IMG/VR virus record: IMGVR_UViG_3300033153_012481
Location: 1-34,568 of that record
Length of the DNA stretch: 34,568 nt
DNA from: a virus
Lineage: Duplodnaviria > Caudoviricetes
Reading direction: 5' to 3' (one strand)
Every line of letters starts with the position of its first letter. Position 1 is the first letter of the stretch. The notes under the pieces were generated by a model that was not told the origin of the DNA, ran no database searches, and worked only from the letters and a program-made list of their open reading frames with translations. Position numbers and translations under genes: made by a program. Positions 8,994 through 18,909 of the stretch are shown here, one piece after another.

Positions 8994-9695
8994 ATGAAGA
9001 CCTCAACTCTCTCACTAATCTCAATCATCTCAATCTCTTTCCTCTCTGGCTGCGCTGGAGACACCTTTTCTACCGCAGAAGAAGCCAATGGCTCAGGGTC
9101 TAATATGAGAGACGGGTCTGGTGGTGAAGGAGCAGAGACCTTCATGGATAAGACCGGAGGCTCAAACGGTGAGTCTGGTGGATCTTCATCAACTGGTGGC
9201 ACCGATACTGGGACTGGCGGAAATGGGGGCGACACCTCAACTGGTGGCAGTGATAATACCGGAGGATCTGAAAATACTGGCGGCAGCGGAGGCGGCGAAA
9301 CCTGCGTTCCAAAAACCTGTGATACTCTCACTGTCATTCTTTCAGGTGACGCCATTCAGCAAGGTGAACCAGGGTCTTCATGCGGAACCCATGAAGATGG
9401 ATGTGGTAACTTCATCTTCTGCGATGAATGTAATGGTGACAATAGGGAATGTGGCGGTCTCCGAAACATCCGTATTACAAACCCCATTCCAGAACCTTAC
9501 GTACAAGGTGAGGCTGGTGTATGCGGAGGAGGTTGTCTTCAGCAAACAAACAATACAGTAGAGGCTTATTACTGCTCTGGCTATGCTGAAGCTTACACCT
9601 GCCCAGTCGCTACGAATGGTCCTATTCCAGCAGAGCTTGATGGTAAAGAGTGTGAATACTCAGAATGGGACTTTCGTTTTATTTGCTGCAATTAA
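8994..9695 (+). CDS. Lipoprotein with G/S/T-rich linker and Cys-rich (myxobacterial-type) domain
   Basis: Signal II lipobox LSG-C20; GGSSSTGG linker; CVPKTC..CGTHEDGCGNFIFCDEC; AAGGA SD. Confidence 0.8.
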   Translation: MKTSTLSLISIISISFLSGCAGDTFSTAEEANGSGSNMRDGSGGEGAETFMDKTGGSNGESGGSSSTGGTDTGTGGNGGDTSTGGSDNTGGSENTGGSGGGETCVPKTCDTLTVILSGDAIQQGEPGSSCGTHEDGCGNFIFCDECNGDNRECGGLRNIRITNPIPEPYVQGEAGVCGGGCLQQTNNTVEAYYCSGYAEAYTCPVATNGPIPAELDGKECEYSEWDFRFICCN

Positions 9696-12600
9696 ACTGT
9701 GTAATACAACCTCATATACGACAAGTTAATTGCTGAAGCTACACTCGCATTAGGCGTAGAAATGAATATTTCATAATGCCTGAAATCATTAATATCGTCC
9801 AGAAAGTTAGCTCCAGTTGCTATTACTTCAAGAGAATCTCCGCCATCTGCTAAGTTATGAGTAGCAGATGTATCTTGAGTAGTATTAGACCTTCTCAATC
9901 TTGCCTGGATAGTGCCTGCAGTAAAAGTTCCTATTGTAGAGAAGCTACAGTCAACTCTTATAAGCTTAGCTCCTGTCGGCGCTATCTGGTGCAGAGGAAC
10001 GGAAACATATAAGCTCTTGTTTGTTCCGGCAGCTGCAATATTTATCCTGCACAATCCTGGCTGATTGTTTCTGGTCGTTATGCTTGTCAGCGAAGTACCT
10101 GTATCAAACTCTTCAACTATAGCCATACCATTAGTAGTGGAACCACCAATATTTCCATTGTAGGCAAGAAGCTTATTCATGACATGGTTTACATTTCCAT
10201 AAACATAATCACGCTGATCTGGCTCAAATGATATCGTATTAAAAGTTGTAGTGTCTGCATCATCATTATACAGTGAGCTTAAAATGTTTCCGGTACAAAC
10301 AGTTCTAGACCCGTTACCATCAAGTGTTATGAAGTTAGTACATACAGTGTCAACTTTGTATAACTTATTGTTAACAACCTGATTTGGCTCATCTGGCGGG
10401 CTGCTTGCTGATGATGTATCTATTTCAATTCCAATATTTAGGAATCTCACCGAATTACCAGAGCAATGCGCTCTAGCCTCTACTGCTAGAATACCTGTGA
10501 GGTAAGAGGTATCTGCAATCTTTGTTTCCACAGTGTTCTCTGAAATAAATGCATTTGAGCACCCGTCAACAAATATTCCAACATCTCTAAAATCTTCACC
10601 AAAATCAGTAGAGAAATCAGTATCATTATACATTACAACATTATTGGAAACCTCAAATCTCTCGACAAGTGTATTACCAAATAATCTAACATAAGAGCAT
10701 CTGTTTCTGTTTACAGATACTGATTGGTAAGATTGAGAGAAAGCTGTGAAATTAAATCTGCCAAAAATATCGACAGACCCAATGGCCAAAGCCTGATTGT
10801 CGCTAACGGATAAATGAGAGTCTTTAACAATAAATCCATCTCCAACGCCAAGATTGAACCCTATTAACCCATCCTTAATCACATTACCCGAAACTGATGC
10901 GTTGAATAAAACCAATCCAGCTGGAGTTACATCAATAGTATTACAAGATAAAACAATACTCTGACCATCCTTTATGGTGTTATCTTTAATGGATAGGTTC
11001 GTTAATGACAGGTCAGTAGCAGCCACTCCTATAGCGCAATTCAAGGCATTTGCAGAAGACTCAAAAGTGCAATTGCTAACTGAAACATTCTCTCCAGTTT
11101 GAGATGCTGTTGAAGAGTAAAGCGCAACGTATGGCGCTCTCTCTATCGATGAAGAAGAGAATGTACACCCATCAACAGTTACATTTCCTAATAATCCTCC
11201 ACTTTCAGTTATATTTATGCACGCCAATCCAAGATCCAAATTTGAATTTGGATTAGCTGAAACAACTTCGGCATTATATTCAAATACCAAATCCTCAAAC
11301 TTAACCCCATGACTTGCAAGGAATCCGTTTTGTGAATTGACAATAATTCGTCCACCATCACCCTTGACAATCAAAGTAGTAGTATCAGTAAACCCAACTA
11401 AATCAACCTCCTCATCAATAGTGAAGTCTCCATTAACCTTAACAGTAATGGATGTGGCATCTGAGTTAGAGCAATAAGTCTTAACCGCCTCAAAAGACGT
11501 AAAGGAACTTATTCTAGAATCATCTGATATTGTAAAATCTATAGCCGCTGTTTGATTTGATATATTATTTCTAGCATCTGTAACTGAGTTTACTGTAACA
11601 GAAGCTATGGTAACATTAGCTACAGCAATTATCGTCAAATCCTTTCTAAAGTTTGTTAGCTCATCAAATGTAACAGATGGTATGTAGTAGTTATCAATAT
11701 CAGGGAGCCTTCTCGCAAAAAAGTGCTGCTTAGTTAATGTTACAGGTATTGCCTCTAACAAGTCCTTATCATTAACACAAATAGCCCAATTAAGCGTTGT
11801 TACATCTCCGCCACCAGTATCCTGAACAATTTCTGGTATAGAAACTGAAGATGCCGACATTGTTGACATATGACCATTCACAAGAGCAATGCCTCCGTTA
11901 AAATCAAGTGTTCCAGGCTGAGAAATGCTCTCACCAGAAAATGTAAACCCTTGAATTACACCGTTCTCATGAAGGTACCTCTCTCCAGCTTCAATAAACC
12001 TAATAGCGGAATCTGTAAGGTCAACCTCGGAAACATTTCCAAACTCTCTAAGGTCATTAATATGTGTAACAGAGTTATCTACGAGCACACACCCGGCAAG
12101 TCTTAGATTTTCTTGATTTGTTGCAAGAGTATCGAAAACCTCAATATCAACGTACCTCTGATCGGCAGTGGACATAACCAAAGTTCCTGGACGCTGAATC
12201 TCTTCAAAGAATTCAATTTCAATGAAGTCAACATCTGTTGAGTCATAGAACCTTGTTGGCACATCCTTTCTAGCTCTAACCACTCTACCGAAATCAGTAA
12301 TATCATCAGTTCCGGTTACTCTCTTTCCTAAATAACCGTCAAACTCTCCGGTAGTAGTATCATAGTCAGTGACCATGAATCTAACGAATCTGTTTGTTCC
12401 AGTAGCTCCATCATCAATAAAGCCCTTGAGCTTTGGTGATACCTCTGTGATTCTGAAACCATTCTGAGTTCCAAGAAGAGATGGAGTCTCTGCCTGGAGA
12501 GGAAGCCTTGCTCTTTCATGAGTAAAGGTCTTACCCTCCTCATTCGCAAATACTTCATGATACCTTGAGAAAGGATTAACGTTAATTGTATCAATAACGT

Positions 12601-14767
12601 TAGCTTGATTAAATCCTACCGAATCCTCTCCAAAGTGAAGTCTTACCTGGAGTGGCGGCGTTGCCGATGCACCAATAGGCGCACCAGAAGCATGGATAGA
12701 GTTCACAACAGTGATCGATGTAGTAGCATCCACGCCTGGACAGCAATCAGTAAAGTTAACCTCTTTAATTACAAACCTTCCATAATCAACCTCATTGAAT
12801 AGAGCGTCTCCTCTATCAATTGCAGGCTGTATAGTAATCGTTTTTCAAGGCTTAAGCTCCGCTCTAGCAAGGATTCCATTTACCTGATAGGTTGTCTCTA
12901 CAGTAGTAGCTCCAACTGGCACACGACTTGAAACGTACCCATCCCAGTATGGAGTGGTTGGAGTAGTGAGATATGTTGTAGCAAATGAATCTCTAGAGAT
13001 TCCGTTAACTGAGTAATTTCTCTTATCAAGAGGGAAGTGTACGACTGTTGGATATGTCGCTGCGGCCAATGCGGAATCATATGAAGACTGGTAATTAATA
13101 GATGCAACAGAAGCTTTAGAAAAACCAAATCCAAGAGCGTCTCTTGAGTCTACCGCATCACCTATAACGTTGTTTACATATACACCGGATACTAAAGAAC
13201 CAGCTGTAAGACTTCCGTTAATGATAGAGAACGCCGCTCCATTAATGGAGTCAGTCATCATGATTCCAAACTCACCATCCTGCTGGTAAGCCATGAATCT
13301 ATAATTGTAACCACCAGCCCTAAGAGCATTATTGGTAGCATTAACTACTGAATCTATTGTATACTTGCCTGGTGTGATGCCCGCATTTCCGGTGACATCA
13401 ATCGCTGGAAGATCAATTGCAGCTTCAGCTGGATTACCAGTGGGGTAAAGAGCTAAATATAAACTGTAGTGAGTTGAATCTAGTTGAGTCGGGTCGAAAC
13501 CGATACCCAAAACTCTAGCAGCCTTTGGGTCTCCAACGATAAGAGATGATGTAATCGCTGGATCAATATCGTTGTTCGCAGCAGCTACTGCAAATGTGCC
13601 CCAGTTATTAGTTTCAAATCTCTTCCTATCAATCCTTACAGATGCAGCATATCCATCTGCTGGCCAAAGGTTTGTTCCATTGATTCTAACAACCCACTCT
13701 AAACCTGGGTCATGCCTCTTAGATTCAACATTGAAAACTCCCTCTATTCCATTTCCGTAGTTAACTCTTACTACATCACCAACAGCAACCTTAGCAAACT
13801 TCTCATCGAAAAGGTTGCTAGTATTATCCGGATTGAAAACAATAATGTCATCACCAGTAGTATTATTATCTACAGGAGAGGTGATTGGGCAGTTTACAAG
13901 ATACGCAGACGCTGATGTTGGAGGTATAATGTTGTATGAATAACCATCAACATTTCCAACAAGGACAGATCTAGACTCCCTAGGTACACCATTTGTATGC
14001 TGATTTCCCTGGTGCTGCTGGATAACGATAACATTAGCGTCATCAATTGCATCAAGAGACTTCTGAACAGTATCCGCAGATTGCGGTAACACTGTAAAGT
14101 TAGATGTATCCACAAAGATACCAGAAGCTGTATGCGCACCACCAGTTGAATTAAGCTCGTGTGCTACAAAGACATCATTAATTTCAAGAAGAGCCTCAGC
14201 AACAGTTGTTGCTGCTCTTGGATCTCCGTTCTTATCAAGAAGACCGGTCCAGTTGAAAGATGGGTCTCTTGGGTCATTAGGAGTCGCATTTATATCAATG
14301 TGAGAAGCTACATGGCGTCCTGCAGTTGAACCATCTGAGAGAACAACAGCACCTGCAATATGTGAGAGAAGGTCAGCGTTTGTAGTTGCCAAGAATGCTG
14401 CGGTTGAATTTAGTAGATTTGAGTTTGCAGTAATCTGAGCATTCAAATCAACTGTATTGAAATCAAGAGATAACTTTGACTCCTCGATACCAGCATTCGC
14501 ACCCACCTGAGGGTTATCAATTGGTAGTGTCGCTAGCCCTACAGATGTAAGTGCGGAAGCTTTGATGGTTCCATTTGGGTTAATGGAAACATCAAGCCTA
14601 TTCACAACGGAAGAAAGGGAGCCGGATGGATTAGTACCCAGCTCTCTTTCGATTGCAAAGACAGCAGATCTAAGCCGATTTATTGCCTCTGTGCCAAGCT
14701 CAGAAAGGTTGTCATCAATTCTTATGATGGTTGTATCATCATCTATTTGAAAGGGATATACTGTCAT
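9692..14767 (-). CDS. Large tail fibre/baseplate-associated protein with C-terminal beta-helix; one 1,691-codon frame with an internal TGA at 12845-12847
   Basis: Track ORFs of 640 aa and 1013 aa share a frame, joined by 37 sense codons (KTITIQPAIDRGDALFNEVDYGRFVIKEVNFTDCCPG); parallel beta-helix repeats (VTVDGCTF, VSVSNCTF, SIKDNTI, SVSGNVI). Confidence 0.75.
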
Positions 14768-14790
14768 TTATCTTTCCGTTATTATTCTGT

Positions 14791-15180
14791 TTACTCAGTT
14801 AGCTTCTTTTCTTCTTCTTCAACTCTTTTTGACATGAGCTGATTTATCTTCTTTTTCAAGAACTTATATGTATTGTTGCAGATAAGGCCTGCTACAATTC
14901 CGAAGAAAACCCTGCCAGGAGTTGAGTTTGCAAACATCTCAGGGTATGGATAGGACTCTACAAAGTATGCGATTAAACCACCAATAACTGATGGTGCAGC
15001 CAAAAGAACCCACTCATGCCAGAAATCAACCCACCACGGCTCATACTTATCAGGAAAAATAGGGGCAATCTTTGGCGCTAGAGCCTCGATAACTTTCCTA
15101 AAAGTAGCTACTGCAAGATACACTATAACAATAAATATAAGTGTTTGCATTGATAAAAACTGTGTTAATACACCTTCCAT
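14791..15180 (-). CDS. Putative holin (3 TM helices, charged C-terminal tail)
   Basis: 129 aa; three hydrophobic segments; K/E-rich tail; GGAGG SD. Confidence 0.55.
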   Translation of the reverse strand: MEGVLTQFLSMQTLIFIVIVYLAVATFRKVIEALAPKIAPIFPDKYEPWWVDFWHEWVLLAAPSVIGGLIAYFVESYPYPEMFANSTPGRVFFGIVAGLICNNTYKFLKKKINQLMSKRVEEEEKKLTE

Positions 15181-15202
15181 AAGGCCTCCATAGGTTAAAG
15201 TT

Positions 15203-15214
15203 ATGTTAAATTAT
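15203..15214 (-). promoter_or_regulatory. Phage promoter motif ATA-N5-RYAT
   Basis: ATA-ATTTA-ACAT upstream of the holin-like gene. Confidence 0.6.
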
Positions 15215-15225
15215 TGATTGAGGTC

Positions 15226-17967
15226 TTACTTATCAAAATCAGTTAATCCGTATATTCCAGCCTTTGATGATGAGATTAGAGATGATAATCTTTGAGCCTC
15301 ACCATTTGGCCTGTTTGTTGAAACAAGTTTGCCAGCTACCCAAGAAATTCCAAGGTGACCTGGCTCTGGGAACAATCCGTCTCCATGAGATATGGCAAAC
15401 CATGAGCCCAAATTCTCTGGCTCATTAGAATAAACCAATGCAGAAGCTCCAGAGGTATTAAGACCTGAAGAAATGACTGTTGCGTTACCAACCATCTGAA
15501 CGAGATTTGGGTTGGTAGTGACAGCTGTCATGACTCCGGTAGAGTCCCATGTTACACCATTATCTCCTGAGGTCATAACGAAACCATTTGAGGCAACTAT
15601 GACCCATCTATCAGATGACCTATTGTATGAAACATGGAAAATATCTCCAGCATTTACACCTGATGCAACAAGATTAAATGTAGGAGCCGTTGTGAAATCA
15701 AAGTTTGCCCCATAGTAATACACATTACCAGAGCCAACAGCTACTGCCATCATGCTTCCATCAGGTGCTCTTGCAACATCTCTAATACTCTGTCCTGCAA
15801 ATTGCTGATTGCTAAGACCTGTATAAGGAGTATTCATCTGCCAAATACCATCAGTAGTTGCTACAATAAATCTATTAGATCCTGGGCCCTGATACAGCCA
15901 GTTAATTATAGCATCTGCAGCTACAAAGGATGTAAGTCCTCCTGCACTAGGAAGGCCACCATTTCCCCTGCCTAAGCTGAATGTCTCAACAGATGTTCCA
16001 CCCTGTGAAACTATTGCAACTCTTGTAGTTGAACCCTCATCTCCAGCAGCAATAACAGCATCGGAGCTAACAATACCAGGTGATCCGCCGACTGGTCCCC
16101 AAACAGAACCATTGTCAGAATAACGACAAAAACCTGTTCTATCAACCGCAACAACACAATGGTTGTTCTTACAGTAAACAGGTCTTGATATTGGATCAAA
16201 GGTAGAGTTCTCATTCGCAAGTGATGGCACGACGATATCACCTATAATAGAGTGAGATGCCTGTGGCTCATTTGTATGGAACGGATTCTGACCAAGAAGG
16301 GAAGAATTATCATATGGTAGCGGAGAAGAATCATCATACACTGTTACATTCTTAGCTATCATTGTAAAGTAGTTAACAATAGAGTTGTATGTAAACTCAA
16401 ATTCTGTAACCGCACCTGGTCTTGGATCTGGGCAGTAAAGATCTGATATCTCAGCGTTTCTAAAGAATCCAGCCTGAGCAACATTACCAATCTGATCAAA
16501 TCTAAACCTTGTAATTGAAGGTGTTTGAGATGGATGATTGATAACTGAAATTCTTAAAGTCTCACCATCAAGTGGAACATAATCTAGAAGGAATCTAATA
16601 TCTCCAAATGTAGTGACTGATCTGCAATCAATTATTGCCCTACCAGCTGAGCAAACAACATTGTTCCCAAAATCAGAATCTTGAAGAACAATATACTGAC
16701 CAGCTTGTACCCTTCTTACACCAATGTCAGTACCCAATGTGGTCGTATTGTTTAACGCTACAAGATCGTTTCCTTGAACCGTAAGTGTAGATGTAATGCT
16801 TGCTCCGGAAACTACGAAGACATCATCTGTAAAAAGGCCAATATCAACCTGAGCAGTATGATGTGTTCCCCAGTTTGAAAGAGCAGTAGATCTAAGATTT
16901 GCTGGAGATGTTCTCGCATCAACAAGAAAGTCATTTGAACCAGCTGCATCTAAGCCACCAGAGTTACCATTGAGATTTATTGAGATATCATTATTCACTG
17001 TAACAATATCCTTAATGTAAGCAAAGCCCTCTGCTCCCCAGGTCGTATTAAGACCTTTATGAAAGTTCTCAGAGATGTTAGCATTGCAGTTTACAAAGGT
17101 AACAAAGAATCTATCCTGAACAGTTCCGAGACCTCCATCTCCAAATGTTCTAGCTCTATTATTTGTAACTGTAAGGTAATCTAAATCTCCCTGTCTTGCA
17201 TCAAAATCAATAGCTGTCTTGATGCCGTCGATGTAGCAATCGTTAACATGAAGAGTTGTACCAACACCGGCAGTTGTTAGGCCTGTGAATGCAATCACTC
17301 TATGAGTAACGCTAACTGGACCGGTAACAGCTCTACCGATGAATGAGCACTTCTCTATGCGGAGGTTTGCGCCATGCTGCATCTGAATCATTGGAATGGT
17401 TGACATAGATGGACCACCAGATGCAACTGTACCGTTTAGGTTATCATAAAGCTTTACGTTAACAAAACCATTCTGGAAGTCAGGCTGATCAACCTCGATA
17501 ACGGAAGGTTGAATATCATTCTTGACAGTAGCCTCCTGAATGGTGAACATTGGCACCTCGGACATCTCACCAATAATAGTTACCCCATCTCTCTCACCCA
17601 TGATAACAATGCCGTTAGGAACGGTAACGGTAGACTGCATGCAATAGGTTCCAGATCTGATGATAATGGTTCCACCATTAGCTAGTTCTGGATTAGCAAA
17701 GGCGTCATTGAAAGCATCTGCAAAATCTCCAACGCAGCCATTAAAGCCTTCGCCAATTGTGACGAAAGCTGAGTCAATTGAAGCTGCTTCAAGAGCCTGA
17801 AGCGCAGTCTGAACATTCGATGCACCAGCTACAGTTGGAGATACATCCACCTGATTAGCTTCATGACGCCAATCGCCACCCGTCACATGAGCGTTGAAGT
17901 CCTGCTTGTGAGTTGCGCCTACGCCGCCTTCTTGTGCCCTTCCTGAGCCTACGAATCTTTTAACCAT
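15226..17967 (-). CDS. Tailspike-like receptor-binding protein: anchor, pectin-lyase-like beta-helix, C-terminal Asp-box beta-propeller
   Basis: GGTIIIRSGTY..TVTVPNGIVIMG beta-helix cap; Asp-boxes YSDNGSVW and SGDNGVTW. Confidence 0.7.
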   Translation of the reverse strand: MVKRFVGSGRAQEGGVGATHKQDFNAHVTGGDWRHEANQVDVSPTVAGASNVQTALQALEAASIDSAFVTIGEGFNGCVGDFADAFNDAFANPELANGGTIIIRSGTYCMQSTVTVPNGIVIMGERDGVTIIGEMSEVPMFTIQEATVKNDIQPSVIEVDQPDFQNGFVNVKLYDNLNGTVASGGPSMSTIPMIQMQHGANLRIEKCSFIGRAVTGPVSVTHRVIAFTGLTTAGVGTTLHVNDCYIDGIKTAIDFDARQGDLDYLTVTNNRARTFGDGGLGTVQDRFFVTFVNCNANISENFHKGLNTTWGAEGFAYIKDIVTVNNDISINLNGNSGGLDAAGSNDFLVDARTSPANLRSTALSNWGTHHTAQVDIGLFTDDVFVVSGASITSTLTVQGNDLVALNNTTTLGTDIGVRRVQAGQYIVLQDSDFGNNVVCSAGRAIIDCRSVTTFGDIRFLLDYVPLDGETLRISVINHPSQTPSITRFRFDQIGNVAQAGFFRNAEISDLYCPDPRPGAVTEFEFTYNSIVNYFTMIAKNVTVYDDSSPLPYDNSSLLGQNPFHTNEPQASHSIIGDIVVPSLANENSTFDPISRPVYCKNNHCVVAVDRTGFCRYSDNGSVWGPVGGSPGIVSSDAVIAAGDEGSTTRVAIVSQGGTSVETFSLGRGNGGLPSAGGLTSFVAADAIINWLYQGPGSNRFIVATTDGIWQMNTPYTGLSNQQFAGQSIRDVARAPDGSMMAVAVGSGNVYYYGANFDFTTAPTFNLVASGVNAGDIFHVSYNRSSDRWVIVASNGFVMTSGDNGVTWDSTGVMTAVTTNPNLVQMVGNATVISSGLNTSGASALVYSNEPENLGSWFAISHGDGLFPEPGHLGISWVAGKLVSTNRPNGEAQRLSSLISSSKAGIYGLTDFDK

Positions 17968-17999
17968 TAAACACCTATATTATTGCCGTTCCACTTATT

Positions 18000-18011
18000 A
18001 TGCTTAATTAT
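18000..18011 (-). promoter_or_regulatory. Phage promoter motif ATA-N5-RYAT
   Basis: ATA-ATTAA-GCAT, touching the endonuclease stop codon. Confidence 0.6.
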
Positions 18012-18874
18012 TAGGGCAAAATAATGCTGCAATCATCATCCAAAAAACCCACAACCTTATTAGCCTTTCTTTCTAGATATCTTGAACCTTCAACCCCAGA
18101 ATAAAGCCATCTATAAATTTTTGAACATATTCCGTTTCCAAGATATTTAAGATCATAAATTCCAGAATTAACTGAAATCTTTTTACTTAACTTTGAGCTT
18201 GGCAAGTTTGCTTCATGTACTAACACTTTATTAAATTCTTTAAGGAAATCATGAGTACCCCTCACAGAAAACATAACTTGAGGTTTATGATTTGGTTTAG
18301 ATTTTGGCCTATGCAATGACCATCCACCATCTCCATCAAAATAACCTCTACAAAAATCCTTAACAAACTCATCTGGAATATCTGGAAACTTTATGTTGTG
18401 AGTCTTTCTTGGTACAATGCCAAACGATTTTACATCATTAACAATGCTCTCTGAACAAGCTGCCAAACTATAACAATAAGAATCCTTCCAACTAGGGTTT
18501 CTAGAACTAGTTTTGCTAATTGTTTTTGTAAGCTTTCCACCGTGTGACAAGTCACTCTGAAAAAGCTTCAAGTGATCAAGATCCTTTTCAGCCAATGTAA
18601 GTCTAAGATAATTTTTATGAACACATCCATCTGCCAAAAGGAAACCTACCCAGTAATACATTACACCAGACTCTCTGGCGAAAAACCCTTCATCTAATGA
18701 TACCCTGTTTCTTTTAGATTTATCGTAAGATATACCCATCCTATCAAACGCTGCTTTTATCGTAGAATGATCTCTACCATACTTCTTACCAATAGCTCTT
18801 AATGATCCTAATTCATTATAGTCCTTCAAAAGATCATCAGCGGATACAGATTGTTCATCTTCAAATTTCTTCAT
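18011..18874 (-). mobile_element. Free-standing LAGLIDADG homing endonuclease with N-terminal HTH
   Basis: Two motifs WVGFLLADGC and FCRGYFDGDGG; HTH SLRAIGKKYGRDHSTIKAAF; C-terminal YLERK; AT-rich. Confidence 0.9.
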
Positions 18875-18880
18875 GATAGG

Positions 18881-18892
18881 ATATGTAAATAT
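18881..18892 (-). promoter_or_regulatory. Phage promoter motif ATA-N5-RYAT (leaderless type)
   Basis: ATA-TTTAC-ATAT, 6 nt before the ATG at 18874. Confidence 0.6.
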
Positions 18893-18909
18893 TGATATGT
18901 TTGGGGAGG

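Noticed and set aside
8978-9355. Pro-rich minus-strand ORF of 125 aa
   Set aside because: Antisense shadow of the Gly-rich lipoprotein linker
17968-18909. Group I intron or intein around the LAGLIDADG gene
   Set aside because: Flanks are under 45 nt, both neighbours look complete, and there are no intein splicing residues
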